Assembly (NCBI GenBank): GCA_977862235.1
Contig: OZ374558.1
Span: 1,860,001-1,924,000, forward strand
DNA from: Dudresnaya verticillata
Lineage: Eukaryota
Reading direction: 5' to 3'
Length of the DNA: 64,000 nucleotides
In this document: in pieces, positions 34,367 to 48,383 of the stretch
How the letters are laid out: each line of letters opens with the position of its first letter
Position numbering within the stretch: the first letter of the stretch is position 1
Made by a program: the position numbers and the translations under genes
Notes under the pieces: generated by a model
Database searches by the model: none
Told to the model about the DNA's origin: nothing
Seen by the model: the letters and a program-made list of their open reading frames with translations, nothing else

Positions 34367-36482
34367 CTGCCGTTCGCATTATCCTTGATAGGAAATCCCG
34401 GCGCCCTGGAGGTGAGCAGGTTGGTTGACACAGCTGAGGATCGAGCAGGTTGAAATGTGTTTCGCTCAAAGAAGACCGGTACAAGCAGCGTTCAAAGACC
34501 GGTTTTGTCCGGGAAGCGGCAGCGGTTCTGGACGGCGTGACCTTTGTTACATATTAAAGGCCGTCCCCTCTTCAACCTTGTACGGTCGGCGTGTAGTGGG
34601 TAATACAACCACATCTCTATGTCGACGTTGCTCACCGAACACCTTCTTCATCATTCGAACACCATAGCCGTACAGAGCTTTGCACGAGCCGTCGAAACAG
34701 AATTGCACGGATCGCCTGTCGAAGAATCAAGAACGGCACCTACTTCGAATTCCATTCCTTCTGTCTATATCAACTGAACCTCGCTAGTCGACATGAAAGC
34801 ATAGGTAAGATATGTTTTTATAATTGCTCTCCACATCATCATGACGCCGTATAACGGTCTAGTACAGTTAGAATTAGACTTTCTGCATCGTTCCTTCCTC
34901 CTGAATTCTGTAACAGAGTGTTTGCCAATCGTGGAATGGGCCTGGTTGGTCCTCCGAACCTGCTGGAGATCCCTACAAAACCTAAATAGAGCTCTACTAA
35001 TATCAACGCAACGTGGCTGAGCAAGCTGTTAAAGAGTCCACCCTTCCGCTGCCGAAACACCCTCGACAACGGATGGGCTTCCTACTTCCACACCCACATA
35101 CCTCAGGATATAGCCAACTTTCAAACATAGATATTGGATATCACAATACCACTTACTAATACTTTCATGCCCCATTGCGCCGACCACGTGCCAGGGCGCC
35201 AATTTCCAAAGGTCAAGCATACAATAGCTGCAGCTGGCGGACGATCTGAGTTAAACAAGGCACGCAACTGCGCGACGAACTGGCGACGTTGCCGTCTCCT
35301 GAGCTCTACGCCCACTACGTTCTACGGTTGCGCGAGGATGGCCCCAGCCGGATGAATAGCGATACGCCTCGAGAGTGGCTCTACATACAAATCTTCTAGG
35401 ATCTAGACCACCTCTGAACCGAAGCTGAGAGTCATATGCAGAAACGCGCTCCAGGTTGCAGATCGCGCAGATCCCGCACTCGGCCATGAGAGCGGAATCT
35501 TAAGTATGGAACAACGTGTGAACGCATGACGGCGACGGCGATGATATATTGAGAATCGAACGGATCCCGTTTTCCGCTTGTGGCACAGTGCTCTCCGCAA
35601 TGTTGCAGCGAAGAATGTGCTGCCGGATATCTTTCGAAAACGGAGTAGTTTTGTGGAACTTTCCGGCAGCGTCACAATTTCCTAAGACACGGCCAAAAGT
35701 AAATCAGAAATTCGTCTTGTACCCTGTTTTAGCACATCATGTAAGTTTGGGGACGGTGCAGTGCCGCAAGCTGGAAACATGACGAGCGGCGCATTGCGTG
35801 AGCGAAAATGTGAGCATTGTCGGGACGTGCGAGATGAGACGAGCCTCGCATGACCGCGCCGCCAGTACCTTCGAAGGTACACCGCACCTCAACGGGATGC
35901 TTTCCTGAGATATGCAAGCCTTGTCGTCCTTATCGCGTTGAAGGCCCACAGTGGCATTCACATGCAGTCCAGTTTTCAACCTGTCTAATAGGCACTGTCA
36001 GGCCGTTCACGGAGCAAGGAGCCACCATGAAGATGGAACAGTGTGTGAGAACGTCGCCCTACATGATTCAAACCACCCATAGTTCGTGAAAGAGCACGAG
36101 CGTGGCAACTTATAGAAGGAGGGGCGTTGGGTCTTCGCCAAGGTGGTGATGAATCGAACGCTACGCTGTGACTCTACCGCAGAGCCCCAAGAATATTCTT
36201 AGGTATGTTTTTCTGGTGCACGTTGTATTCCAAACGTACCAAAACCCGAACACTGCCGTTCGCATTATCCTTGGTAGGAGATCCTAGCGGCCTGGAAGTG
36301 AGCAGGTTTGTTGACAGAGCTAGGGGCCGAGCGGGTTGAAATGTTTTTGGCTCAAAGAAGAGCAGTAGAAGCAGCCTTCAAATATCGGCTTTGTCCGGAA
36401 ACTTGAAAGGGAATGTACTAGTCTATGATCCGAGTCATCTATACAGCCTTTACGAATCGAAAGAACTAATATGCTGTAGATA

Positions 36483-37610
36483 CTACATACTACCGATAAT
36501 GTCTTGGAGCACCCTGTAATCTTCGTCTTGAACGTCAGAAACACTCTCTAAGTACGTAAAGTATTCCTGTATGGCAGGAGGCACTGAGCTACACAGGCGA
36601 GTGATCGGGGTTCTGAGCTTCATCATTAAAATCTCATCTGCTTCGATATCCTGATCCCAAATTAATTTGCCTTGCAGCATGTGTAGAAGTACATATCCTA
36701 AGCTTTCAAATTCATCGGCTGGAGACTGAACGTGATGGCAATGTGCAGCTATTGGGGCATATATCAACGTCCCGACGAACGGCACCTCAACCTGCTCAGC
36801 TTCTTGAAAGAAACATGATGTACCAAAATCGATTACATGTATGTAGTTGAGGTTGTCTCGATCGAACACAATATTTGCAGGTTTAAGGTCGCGGTGAAGA
36901 TAGCCAAGACCATGCAATTTTCGAAGGCGATGGAGCACCTGGATTCCGATACTAGCTGTGAGTTTGGCAGATAGGCGCCCTCCACTTACATCCATGAGAG
37001 ATTCGATAGAGGGACCATGCAAGTTCATGACCATAAAAGGATAGCCCGAATGACTTGCGAGATATCTGCAAGGTGGAAAATGTTCCGGATACCTCTCGTT
37101 CAATATTCTATAGAGTCCAAATTCCAAATTAACGAATGACGCATCCACTTCGAGTGGGTTATTTTCCACCTTGACTGCGGCAGTCTCATTTCGGTGCAAA
37201 TCAAATGCCTCATAGACACCGCCGCATGCGCCGCTACCAATCTTCCTTTTCAGAGCCCACCGGCCAGCTAGAAGCTCGCCTTCGAATGCAGGCGCGCGCA
37301 CTGGATGACTCAGCTCTTCTTCAGATTGCATTTTTTGTTGTCTCACCTGACCCGTGGCAGCGCCGGTAGGTAACTCGTATGCCTCTTTTGACAATCTAGC
37401 TTCCACAATATTCTTGCTTTCAATGACATGGTTTTTTTCAATCGGCTTCAAATCGCGGTTTTGATTTTCATGACGCTTGTCCCCGGAAACATTGATACCC
37501 CCAATCTTCAGGTCCTTCATTCTGACTGAGACGAAGATATTCTGGCCCGAGTTTCGTCCAGCTACAATGGTGCGAAGGGAAGTTTTTTGTTGAGAAAATG
37601 CTTGTCCCAT
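36483..37610 (-). CDS. Divergent CK1-family kinase (copy 3)
   Basis: Same protein as copy 1. Confidence 0.9.
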   Translation of the reverse strand: MGQAFSQQKTSLRTIVAGRNSGQNIFVSVRMKDLKIGGINVSGDKRHENQNRDLKPIEKNHVIESKNIVEARLSKEAYELPTGAATGQVRQQKMQSEEELSHPVRAPAFEGELLAGRWALKRKIGSGACGGVYEAFDLHRNETAAVKVENNPLEVDASFVNLEFGLYRILNERYPEHFPPCRYLASHSGYPFMVMNLHGPSIESLMDVSGGRLSAKLTASIGIQVLHRLRKLHGLGYLHRDLKPANIVFDRDNLNYIHVIDFGTSCFFQEAEQVEVPFVGTLIYAPIAAHCHHVQSPADEFESLGYVLLHMLQGKLIWDQDIEADEILMMKLRTPITRLCSSVPPAIQEYFTYLESVSDVQDEDYRVLQDIIGSM

Positions 37611-38557
37611 ATTTGCGTTCTGATTTGAATACTCTGTGGCTCGAATGCTGTTCCGAAACGTTGCGGAAGAAAGCTTTGATAAGCACTTATTGACGGGGTG
37701 TTCTTTGGAGAGCTTGTTTTTCTCAAGAAAGTTTATGTATAAAATGAACTCTAGCGTCATTACGGCACGGCCCAAACCTTTTTTCCTTTTTTTCTATATT
37801 TGTGACAGCACTTGGGAATCACACCTACAGTGGCAATAAACTTTATTGGGAGCATGGTACCATCATTGCAGGCATCACAGAAGTCACGAAAAGATTACTC
37901 GGTCTTGGAACGCGTTTGCCACGTCACACACAAGCATCCAACAGTATACTCACAGAATATGTAGGATGTGCTCGACCTGGGTAGACAGCATTTAGCACAT
38001 TATCGATAAAATGAAGTCGGCAGATAGTTAGACGTGAACACGAGCAGTTGTTCTTCAACGTAAATTCCGGAGTGTAACCCTTTCTTAATTGTGTCCATAA
38101 AGAGAAGGCCTTTTTTGTCAACTAATGTCCCACCCAAACGACAAGGGTTGCTGTAGCCGTTGTTCTATAATGAAGGATGACAAATACTTTCTTTACAGCA
38201 ACAAGTTTCCCATGGCGGACATCTCGGCCATGTTTTCTACGACATGGGTTTATTCGCGCAGTTGCAGAACGCCTCCACGTCGTATCTTTATTACGGCATT
38301 TTAATGCAACAACCTTTTTGTTTCAGCGCTGTCGCACACTCAGCGCATTTTTTGTGCCGTCCTCCTATTCTATTGCCTACGATATTCGCAAGTAGCGTAG
38401 CCATATCCAACCGTTGTGAAAAAGAAGCCATGTCGAATTGCCGACTCCTTCCATTTTTAGTATTATTTTTAACGCAGTCGTACCTGATTCGTCCAGTCGC
38501 CTCATTCGCATCGCCGATTGGCCGTGCGCGATTTGATCCCAGATATTTTGTACAGAG

Positions 38558-39034
38558 AGAGAGAGACCTTTATTAAACAACAAGAGAGAAGCCCCTTAAG
38601 GGGGCTTAGGATTCAGAGCTACCATAAAGAGGCGGAGGAGCAAGCTTGCGGCGGTTGACACTCACCGCCACGCATTGGAGAACTAAAGAGAGTAAACGAG
38701 TAGTGAGGCGAAGTTTCTCCGTAGACGGAGAGGTCCCGCGCTTGCTGGCAATGAAATTAGCAATACGTTGGGCGCCAACTTCAAAGCCAGATCCAACACG
38801 GCCATAGACATCTACAACCATAGGATGGATAACCATATCCAAACTAGCGCACACGCGGCGGTAATGAGAGCGTTTGACACGTTCGCGAGCTGCAATGGCT
38901 TGGCCAGCAACGCGACCAGTGGAACCATGAATAGAATGGGGACTGACGACCGAGACATCAAATCCATGGGGGTGAGGGGCAAAGCCACGATCATCAACGA
39001 AAATATCCATACGCAGTTGGTCACGTGGATCAAC
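38558..39034 (-). mobile_element. RLE-type non-LTR retrotransposon 3' fragment (copy 3)
   Basis: Same as copy 1. Confidence 0.85.
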
Positions 39035-41301
39035 AGTATTATTTTTAACGCAGTCGTACCTGATTCGCCCAGTCGCCTCATTCTCATCGCCGATTGGCCG
39101 TGCGCGATTTGATCCCAGATATTTTGTACAGAGCGCGGAGCGACGCCGAGCGGCAATCGCTCCAATCACCTCCATCCCGGCCGTGATACCTCCTCAGCCC
39201 ACAAGTCCCACTACCGCCTTCGTCAACCTCGTGTTCTCGTCCGAGTCGCGCCAGCGCCCTTTTCAGACAGCGACGAAAAGAGCACGTGCCCTTGAATCGA
39301 GCGTGTGATCAAGCGTCAACCGGGAGGCGGAATCGGCGCGCGTGGGGAATAGCAGGGAGGCGACAACCGCGGCAGCCATGGAGTCACCGTCGTTGTGCGG
39401 GAGGTTGAACGAACTTGCTCTGCGAAACAAATATGTAACGGTGAGCTGAGCAAGGCACCGCCTGGTTGTGAAGATCTCGCCACCGCCAGGAGAGGGTGCC
39501 GTTGGTGAGGCCGAGTTTCTCCTGTTCCATCGGACTCAATAGTCTGGCCCGACCACATGCGACAAGTGGAAGCGGCCTGCCAATGACATTGCTTCGTGTT
39601 TTACGTCTAATACCACTCTGTATGGGACATAAAGGACCGTTGTGGGCGGAGAATGAGAGAGGCATAACATAAGCGGTTCTACCGTGCAATACTCTTCTCG
39701 AGATTTGCCTACATGACGAATCAGTTTTTGTTTTTCTACTGCAACGAGTCCAGAAAGTGTGAGATCATGGACCTTGACGTGATCACATGGCGTTTCGATG
39801 ACGATGATACCTAAGAGAGCGCGTCTTGTCAACGACGTTCCTGGGTTTATGCTCCAAGGCGTATGGTAACGAAGGTAATGCTCGCCTGTTACTGCGCACG
39901 CGGGATACAAGTAGAGGCACGCACCTCCCACCACCCAACAACCAAGATGACCGATCAGAATCACCCCACCAAACACAGCCGTCTATCGACAGGGGCCGAA
40001 CAAAATCGAACTTCTTGGATCCGCGCAACCTAGTCGCTGAGATGCACCAAACCTTGTTCATCATGACCGATGCTACAAATCCGGACAAAAGGATGCAGTT
40101 TCTCGAAGCAGTCGTTTCTCGAAGCAGGCGTTTCTCGAAGCAGGCGTTTCTCAAAGCAGGCTAGACGGAGCTAGCGCAGGGAAAGCTCCAGTATTACCGC
40201 TATCTCGAAGACCACCTCCCGGTACATATACATTTCGATATGGCCGAAATGTGCATCCCACAAAGTGTGATCCTGGCGCCCCTCCTGTGCAGAGGGAGGG
40301 GCTTTTTCGTCGATCCGGCGCGGAGAGAGAGGAATACAGCTGCTCACGATTTGGTGCAGATTACAATCGCGCTGCAGAAGCAATACGGTCGCGGACATTG
40401 TTCGCAAAGACACATCCTCGTTCTGCGTCGAGAAGAATATAATGAAGAAGGCGTTGGCTTCTTGGTAGGAAGGCTGCAAGACGTGTGGCTCTATCCCGTA
40501 GATCCGTTGAGGGATTGTGCGCTGGGTCCGACACGCCACTGTCGCACCTTACGCCCCGGCTTCGGTGGGGTTGGGCGGCGAGGCGCAGCACATGCGCCGT
40601 CCCGCAATGGGCACATTTGGTTGGACGTATGGTGCGACAGGTGTCCTAACAGGAAGCTCTGCACCGTTTGATTGGCTCAAGTTCGAAGCACGTCGTCTTC
40701 CGAACCGCCTCCGTCGCTCAGCACGCATTGACACGCATTGCCACTGCAGGTGCGCAGCAGCATTGCATTCCACTGCATTCCAGCTATGCCACATTTCAGC
40801 ACTACCTCTTCAAATTGCGTACAAACGTGCACTGTAGCACATCCGTACCTCCCCCACATTGATCCTCCGCCATGACGTGATTCTGTTCCTAACATCGCGA
40901 TTTCCCGCTCCAAAACCGCCGCGCTGTCGCCGAGGTCACCGCCGACACCGTTCACCGCCAATCGCGGGAGCGTCTTCGTCCAAACCCTACTCCCGCCCGC
41001 TACAGGCGCCATTCCCGCGTGTCACGCCCACCCGGCCGTCGCATCCGCCCCCACCATTCTCTCGTCACGCCCACCCGCGCCAAGACCGCGAAAAAAACCG
41101 CCCGCAACTTATAATGCCCGGTCCCCCCTGCTCCGCCTCACCACACCCCTCGCCTCCCTTCCAAGTTTCAAGCACATCCCCCACCGTCTTCGAACGCTCG
41201 TACACACCCGCACAACCGTTGCCAGCCCTCTCTCTCTGTCCCCTCATCTCTCCCCGCCGCTGCCTCGAACCTGCCCTCCACCTCGCAACGGCAACCTCAC
41301 C

Positions 41302-42192
41302 ATGAACTTCCAGCACAACGACCCGCCGCTTCCGTCCTCCTCCGCCCCGGCCCCGGCCCTGGCCTCTACCTCGTCCCCGACCTCGGCCCCGGCCTCCGCC
41401 TCGGCCTCGGCCCCGGCCTCGGCCCCGGCCTCTGCTGCCGACCAGATCCACATCCAGCTGGGCAGGATCGATGCCCCGATGCCCCGAAGAGAGCCAAGGC
41501 CAGTCGTGCCAGCCCGCACCTCCCCGCCGAGAAGGGCAAGGCAGAGTTGGCCGCAGCAATCGCCGCCAATTATCAGGATCCGGGCCGCAACGTCAAGGAT
41601 AGATTCAAGCGCACCGTCGCTGGGTGCAACAATTCCTTCCTGTCCAGGTACAACCTCAAAGCCCTACAGATGTACGGAGTCTGGTTGATGCGCGTGCGAG
41701 CTTGGTGAGCGTGGTTGATGCGCGTGCGAGCTTGGTGAGCGTGGTTGATGCGCGTGCGAGCACGCGCATCAACCAGACTCCGTACATCTGCAAGGAGACC
41801 AACTGCGGTAAGCGGTTCAAGTGGAAGAGCAGCTTGTTACATCATTGCAGGTCCCACGGCGTCAAGCGCCTCGCTCGCTTACAATCATGAGAGTCAGAGT
41901 CAGGGCGCGGCGAGCGCGGGCGCAGCTGCCGCGCATGCTGCAAAGCTGTCCTAGCAGCACAACCCCGGTCACATCAACTCCGCTCACATCGCCATTGTCG
42001 ATGGGCCGCGTGCAAGCGAGCCGGTCAACGCCACGGCCGCAGGCGTTCCATCTGGCAATGCGCCGCGGGTCTGAATGGAGTGATCGGGTTTGGAGACCTG
42101 ATGCGCCGGATCGTATGGGCGCTGATCAGCTTCCGGGTGAGCACGTGGAGAGTTTCATGCAGGGTGACCTCATTCCTGGGCAGCATAACTAA
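41302..42192 (+). pseudogene. C2H2 zinc-finger pseudogene (copy 3)
   Basis: Same as copy 1. Confidence 0.75.
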
Positions 42193-43319
42193 GAAGCAGA
42201 TGCGGGAGGAGCTCAACAATTAACATTGTAGCACTAATCGACTGTAGATTAACTTGTCTCACCCCGTTTCGCTTCTCCCTGTTGTGAATACTCTTGTGGA
42301 TATCTGCTTTTGTTTGTTTTGTAAATCTCACTGTGTTTGGAGCGCTAGCTGCGCTCGATCTCGTGTATATCGCTTTACTCTTCTGTTGCCACTGGGAGCG
42401 CGGCCACTACCTCTGCGATCGGTGCGAGGACGAATCTCAGATGTTTGGTTGAGAACGAATGGATTATGAATGGTCTATGACGCTTGCGTTGAGAGGGTTG
42501 GAGGTGGGCGGCATGCTCGCTCAAAAGTTCACGCTTCGTGTTAAAGCTTCGCTGGGTAAGGAGAGGGGGTTGGGGGCGGCGAATGGGAAGGTTCGTAAAT
42601 GCCACCTCACTGCGAGCTTCCGCTCGCGGTTATCGGCAAGTCGGAGGGCGGAAGGCAGGGTATGCCTGGACAATACGGGTGCGCTTCGCGGGCTTGCCAG
42701 GGACGTTTACCATTCGGCTCAGATGGAGGCTGGAATGTCGGCATAGCGTGAGGGGCAGCGGAGGTATTCCTGGAGTATCGATAAGGGGAGCATATGGACA
42801 GCGTTGCGTTGATTGTTTGCTGTGTGTGCCGGCAGGCAGGCGGCAGTGGGCTTGCGCGAGCGCGCGAGTTTCCGCAGTCCTGCGGATAGCTTGTGTTGGA
42901 TGGATACCGCGGTTTGCCCTTTGCCTCGGGGACCGGAAGGCTGGATCGTGGGAAAACGTCTTTTTTTACGGCTAGCTCAGGCCAGGGCATTGGATGACTT
43001 GGAGTTTTGCAGAGTATCAGAAACTGGCGCGAAAAGTTTGCCGTGGAAACTCGAGAACAAATTCGTCGGCCGCTTCCAGTCTTGACGAAACGCCCGCATG
43101 CTGGGAAAGTTTCTTAACACGTTTATGGGCCTTTCCGCCCATCTGCGTTGCTTTTCCGCACCCCTGCTACATCAACCTGCTACATTCGCCCACCGTTTTC
43201 TCTCTCATAGACCTCCTCTCCCTTTCCACGCAGCCTCCGCTCGAGTCGCACGTCAGTTGGCGTGTCAACCCATCGGTCCCAAACTGTTCCCAGCCTGCAA
43301 CCACACCACCGCCGACAAG

Positions 43320-44207
43320 ATGAACTCCCTTGCAAAGGCCGGCCCTGGTCACCCACAAACAACTGCGATCACCGGGGCTGGACCAAAGCCTCAGAAACGC
43401 CATTCCGCCAAGCCCAACAAGGAGACCTCGTATCTCGACAAAAGGGCATCGAGCAAGGTCTGTTCAGGCCAAACGGAGCTCACAGCACGGGTGCCCACTG
43501 CGCTTGAGCATTCTGATGCATCACGTGCTCAGAAGGATAGTGTGGTCAGTAATGAGGGCGGCAAACTTCAGCAAAAGCGTCGCTCTTGTAGAGAGGCATA
43601 CAAACTTGCGGGCTTCCGTCTACCCGAGAAACGACTTCCGATGCCTGATCCGCTCCCTCTCAAGCCCGTTGTGCGTTTCGCAAAGCCCAGCAGCAAAACT
43701 CTGTGGTCCGTGATTCGAGACGACGAGTGCAAGTTGGAAGAGTTGTTCAAGCGACTTTCCAACCGTCCAGTCTACAACCCCGAAGCGCAAAGGCAGGTTC
43801 TCGACATCAGTAAGAAATGCTTCGACGCTGTGTCCCAACGCCGTGAAGTTATCAAAGGGGAGCTGAAGTCGTACCAAGAGAAGCTCGTGGTTGTCTGCGA
43901 TCGGGAGACGAACGCAAACACAAGCGGTAACAAGAAGAGCTCGAATTCGTGGCAGGTAGTCGAGGAGCGATCATCTGCCACGAAAACCAAGAGGATCGAA
44001 GAGGACATTGGGCATCTCCAGAGGATTCTCCGGGAACAGGACGGATTGTACCACTCCATTCGATACCAGCGTCGGGATGTAAAGCGCGAGATTGGAGTCG
44101 TTAAGGGAAGAATTTGGGATGCTTGCAAGAGGCATTGGAAAGCTCAAAATGCCTGGTTTCTCAATGAAAGGATCTTCAGCGCTCAGAGAAGCATGGGGAA
44201 GAAGTGA
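43320..44207 (+). CDS. Hypothetical coiled-coil protein (copy 4)
   Basis: Identical translation to copy 1. Confidence 0.55.
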   Translation: MNSLAKAGPGHPQTTAITGAGPKPQKRHSAKPNKETSYLDKRASSKVCSGQTELTARVPTALEHSDASRAQKDSVVSNEGGKLQQKRRSCREAYKLAGFRLPEKRLPMPDPLPLKPVVRFAKPSSKTLWSVIRDDECKLEELFKRLSNRPVYNPEAQRQVLDISKKCFDAVSQRREVIKGELKSYQEKLVVVCDRETNANTSGNKKSSNSWQVVEERSSATKTKRIEEDIGHLQRILREQDGLYHSIRYQRRDVKREIGVVKGRIWDACKRHWKAQNAWFLNERIFSAQRSMGKK

Positions 44208-47200
44208 TGGCTTCGTTGTTGACCTCACAGATACTAAGCGGTTTAACAGTGATATCTGGATCAAGTCTCCAGTCGCTACCGGGATATTGTCCGGCACTTG
44301 GTGAGAAAGTTTGGATACTGTTTGTTTGTAGTACTACGCCATCAGGTTGCTCTTGTGATTCCTTTCGTCGAAGCAGACGCACTCCAAACCAGCATGATTA
44401 AACTAATACTAAGGTACCACTCCTGTCGGTATCCGCACTAAATCTCGAGCGGCACGTTACCCATGCCCATATACTAACGAACTCGGCAGTCTTTCCCCTC
44501 CAACAATAACCGCAACCGCTCCTGCCCGCTCGGAGCACAACACTGCCGAACTCCGGCGTGACCTCCGTCATCTCCGCCGCTTATCATTTCTATCTACTGA
44601 GGCTAAGCGCGACCAACTATGCATGGAAGTCTATTTTGACGATCCAGCCTTTGCAAATCGCGCCTGTCCCAAGGCTTTGAAGTCTCTATGGTCAGTCTCC
44701 GTTCTCCCCACCTTCGCTCAGCTCGCTCCTCCCTAGGGCGCTATTGCGTTACGGGAAAAAGGCGAAACGCATACACTATCGCCTGTTATGTCCCCACAAT
44801 GACATCGACTTTCATCCTATGGCCATGGATACCTACGCCTTCATTTTCTCTGGTATTCCACTGTCGTGCCCAACGGATCGCCAACTTCAAGCCGACCAAA
44901 AAGGGCACTTCTCTGATGAATACAGTTAACTTTGGCCTCGTTCGTTCATCGATTTCAAGTCTTCCACGACGTAAACCGCTAACCGTAAGACGTAAAACGT
45001 AAGGCGCAAACCGTAAACATAGACTGTTCACAACAGAGAGCGAGGGCTTTCAGACCGGATCTTGCTTTCAGACGACCTTCTGGAGAAGGTTGTCCATGCT
45101 GTAGCACCATCAATCTTCGTTGTCCTAGGGGCTGTCTGGGCGTCGTGTGCACAGACAAGAATGCTACGAGAGGCTATGCGCAAGGCCACTTTTCTGTTTG
45201 TAGCACAGCGGACAGCGGACATTGCGCAAAGAAGGATAAAAGTACGTAATTTGCATACAGTGGCACATCAACGCTTTGGGTATCTGGTACCGTCGCCGTA
45301 CCGTCGTGGTCTCGTCATGGTCCCGTCGTGGTCTCGTCATGGTCCCGCCATGGTCCCGCCATGGTACACCGCCATGGTACCGTCGTCGCCCCGTCGTCGC
45401 CCCGTCGTCGCCCCGTCGTCGCCCCTTCATCGTCCAATCGTCGTCCCGTCGTCGTCGCGTCGTCGTCTCGTCGTCATTCAATCGTGGTCCACTCGTCGTC
45501 CAGTCGGCAGTGATGGCCATAGCGGCGTTTTACAGCGTTAACGGCGACGAGCACTCTGAATGTTTCTCTTCTCTGACACCGGCACGGCTGAAAGTGCCTC
45601 AATGGAGTGGAAAAGCCTCGAAAAGACGAAATGGCGTGCGTCTTGGCACCGAAACGGCCCGGCGTCTAGGCCCGTCGATGTCCAGCCGTTCTGTGTGTAC
45701 TTGAGCGTACACGACCCGACTGACTTCAACCGACTGTGTATCCCATCAGCCACCACGATGAACACGTCCGCTCAACCACCTGGGATCTAGCACTGGAACA
45801 GGCTGCGGCAGGTTGTACAGCGTGTTACACGCGTTGACTGCGCAATTGACAGCGCAGCTGATGGCACATGGCAACGCTGGCGACGCAGCTGACGGCGCTC
45901 TTGCCACTACGCTCTGCACAACTTGGTAACGTCACCAAGGCGATGAAGCACACATCTCGGGTTCTCTATGTGAGGTTTCGTCACTTCTCCGGTGTCACAA
46001 AATGGAACCGGCAAAATATGTTTGCAATGTTGTGGAGTGAGCGTCTAGCTACCAAACTGCTGTGTATGCAAGAGCACTCTGTGTTGACTGGTACGCCTTA
46101 AACCTGCACGCGGTTCGTTCCCAAGGAATGCCAAACTCTGGTACCAGCACATTCGACAGCTCAAGAGCCAGGGCCCTTATGCGATGCGAGGGGTTCATAC
46201 TGTTATACTCTCACGCTGCGCTTAGCTTATGAGGCCTTCCGTGATCAGTCAAGACTCGCATGGTCTCATCTTTTGTAGCGCGTCAATGCATTGTTCATGT
46301 GGACAGTTTTCAAATGGACATTGTTCACATGGAAATAGGGGCAGGGCTTCTACCAGCCAAATAAACCGCTAATATTGGAACCCCATTGTTCCATCTCTTT
46401 CAAGATTGCATAGTCCTATCCATCTCATCGACCTCAGCGACCTGAAGAACGTAAATATTGTGTTGCATCGATTAGAGGTCCTCGTTTCAATATTATTTCA
46501 ATTCGTGACCCGCTCTGTGCACACCCACATACCTCAGGATATAGCCAAATTTCAAACATAGATATTGGATATCACAATACCACTTACTAATACTTTCATG
46601 CCCCATTGCGCCGACCACGTGCCAGGGTGCCAATTGCCAAAGGTCAAACATACAATAGCTGCAGCTGGCGGACGATCTGAGTTAAACAAGGCACGCAACT
46701 GCATGACGAACTGGCGACGTTGCTGTCTCCTGAGCCCTACGCCCACTACGTTCTACGGTTGCGCGAGGATGGCCCCAGCCAGATGAATAGCGATACGCTT
46801 CGGGAGTTGCTCTACATACAAATCTTCTAGGATCTAGACCACCTCTGAACCGAAGCTGAGAGTCATATGCAGAAACGCGCTCCATGTTGCAGATCGCGCA
46901 GATCCCATACTCGGCCATGAGAGCGGAATCTTAAGTATGGCACAACGTTTGAACGCATGACGGCGACGGCGATGATATATTTAGAATCGAACGGATCCCG
47001 TTTTCCGCTTGTGGCACAGTGCTCTCCGCAATGTTGCAGCGAAGAATGTGCTGCCGGATATCTTTCGAAAACGGAGTAGTTTTGTGGAACTTTCCGGCAG
47101 CGTCACAATTTCCTAAGACACGGCCAAAAGTAAATCAGAAATTCGTCTTGTACCCTGTTCTAGCACATCATGTAAGTTTGGGGACGGTGCAGTGCCGCAA

Positions 47201-47683
47201 GCTGGAAACATGACGAGCGGCGCATTGCGTGAGCGAAAATGTGAGCATTGTCGGGACGTGCGAGATGAGACGAGCCTCGCATGACCGCGCCGCCAGTACC
47301 TTCGAAGGTACACCGCACCTCAACGGGATGCTTTCCTGAGATATGCAAGCCTTGTCGTCCTTATCGCGTTGAAGGCCCACAGTGGCATTCACATGCAGTC
47401 CAGTTTTCAACCTGTCTAATAGGCACTGTCAGGTCGTTCACAGAGCAAGGAGCCACCATGAAGATGGAACAGTGTGTGAGAACGTCGCCCTGCATGATTC
47501 AAACCACCCATAGTTCGTGAAAGAGCACGAGCGTGGCAACTTATAGAAGGAGGGGCGTTGGGTCTTCGCCAAGGTGGTGATGAATCGAACGCTACGCTGT
47601 GACTCTACCGCAGAGCCCCAAGAATATTCTTCGGTATGTTTTTCTGGTGCACGTTGTATTCTAAACGTACCAAAAACCGAACA

Positions 47684-48383
47684 ATTCCGCTTGTTCATAT
47701 CGCAACGCACGCCCCACATGCCCAGCTCGCGTCTCAAGAAGCTTGGAGCTCTGTTCCGCATCGTCCCGCCGCTTCTGCGCCAGCGTATTCTACAAAGCAA
47801 GTTCGTGTCTTCCCTCCGCCGCACTGCGCGCTCCACACACCTCCCGGCATCATGGCACGCTCGGCAAACTCTACTCGCTCTCCCGAAGCTCCGAAACCCG
47901 ATTCTGAGCAACGCGATCCAGAACCCGACGACCCCATCCACCCTGCATACTGACTGCGTTTCCCAATGGCGCTCTGCATTTCCCGGTCCGCGCAAAGCCC
48001 CAGTCCCCACCACATCACGCTTTGCCCCGGCGCTGCTACTCCCTGACCACCGTGACCGCCTGCTTGCTATCAGATGGCACTTATGCACCTTCCCAATCCC
48101 ACCCCGTTGCCCCTCCTCTTGTAGGGCGCTACGCGCCCATGCCCCCGAGCTCACGAAGCTCTCGCACGACGCCCTCCAGCCCTCGGACATCCGCTCAGTC
48201 TCATTATCGATTGCTGCGATCCGTGACCTATGCTCAGTGGACCACCCTCCCCCGTTCTCCTTGTCACCCCCGTAACCACCTGCCCGCCCTTTATTGATAC
48301 CTTGGACCCTAGGGCCGGTGCGCCTGCAAATGGGCCTTTGTTGCCTGCGCAGGACCACCTAAAACAAAAAACATGAATCATCA
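47684..48383 (+). mobile_element. 700-bp non-LTR-like insertion (copy 4)
   Basis: Same as copy 1. Confidence 0.7.
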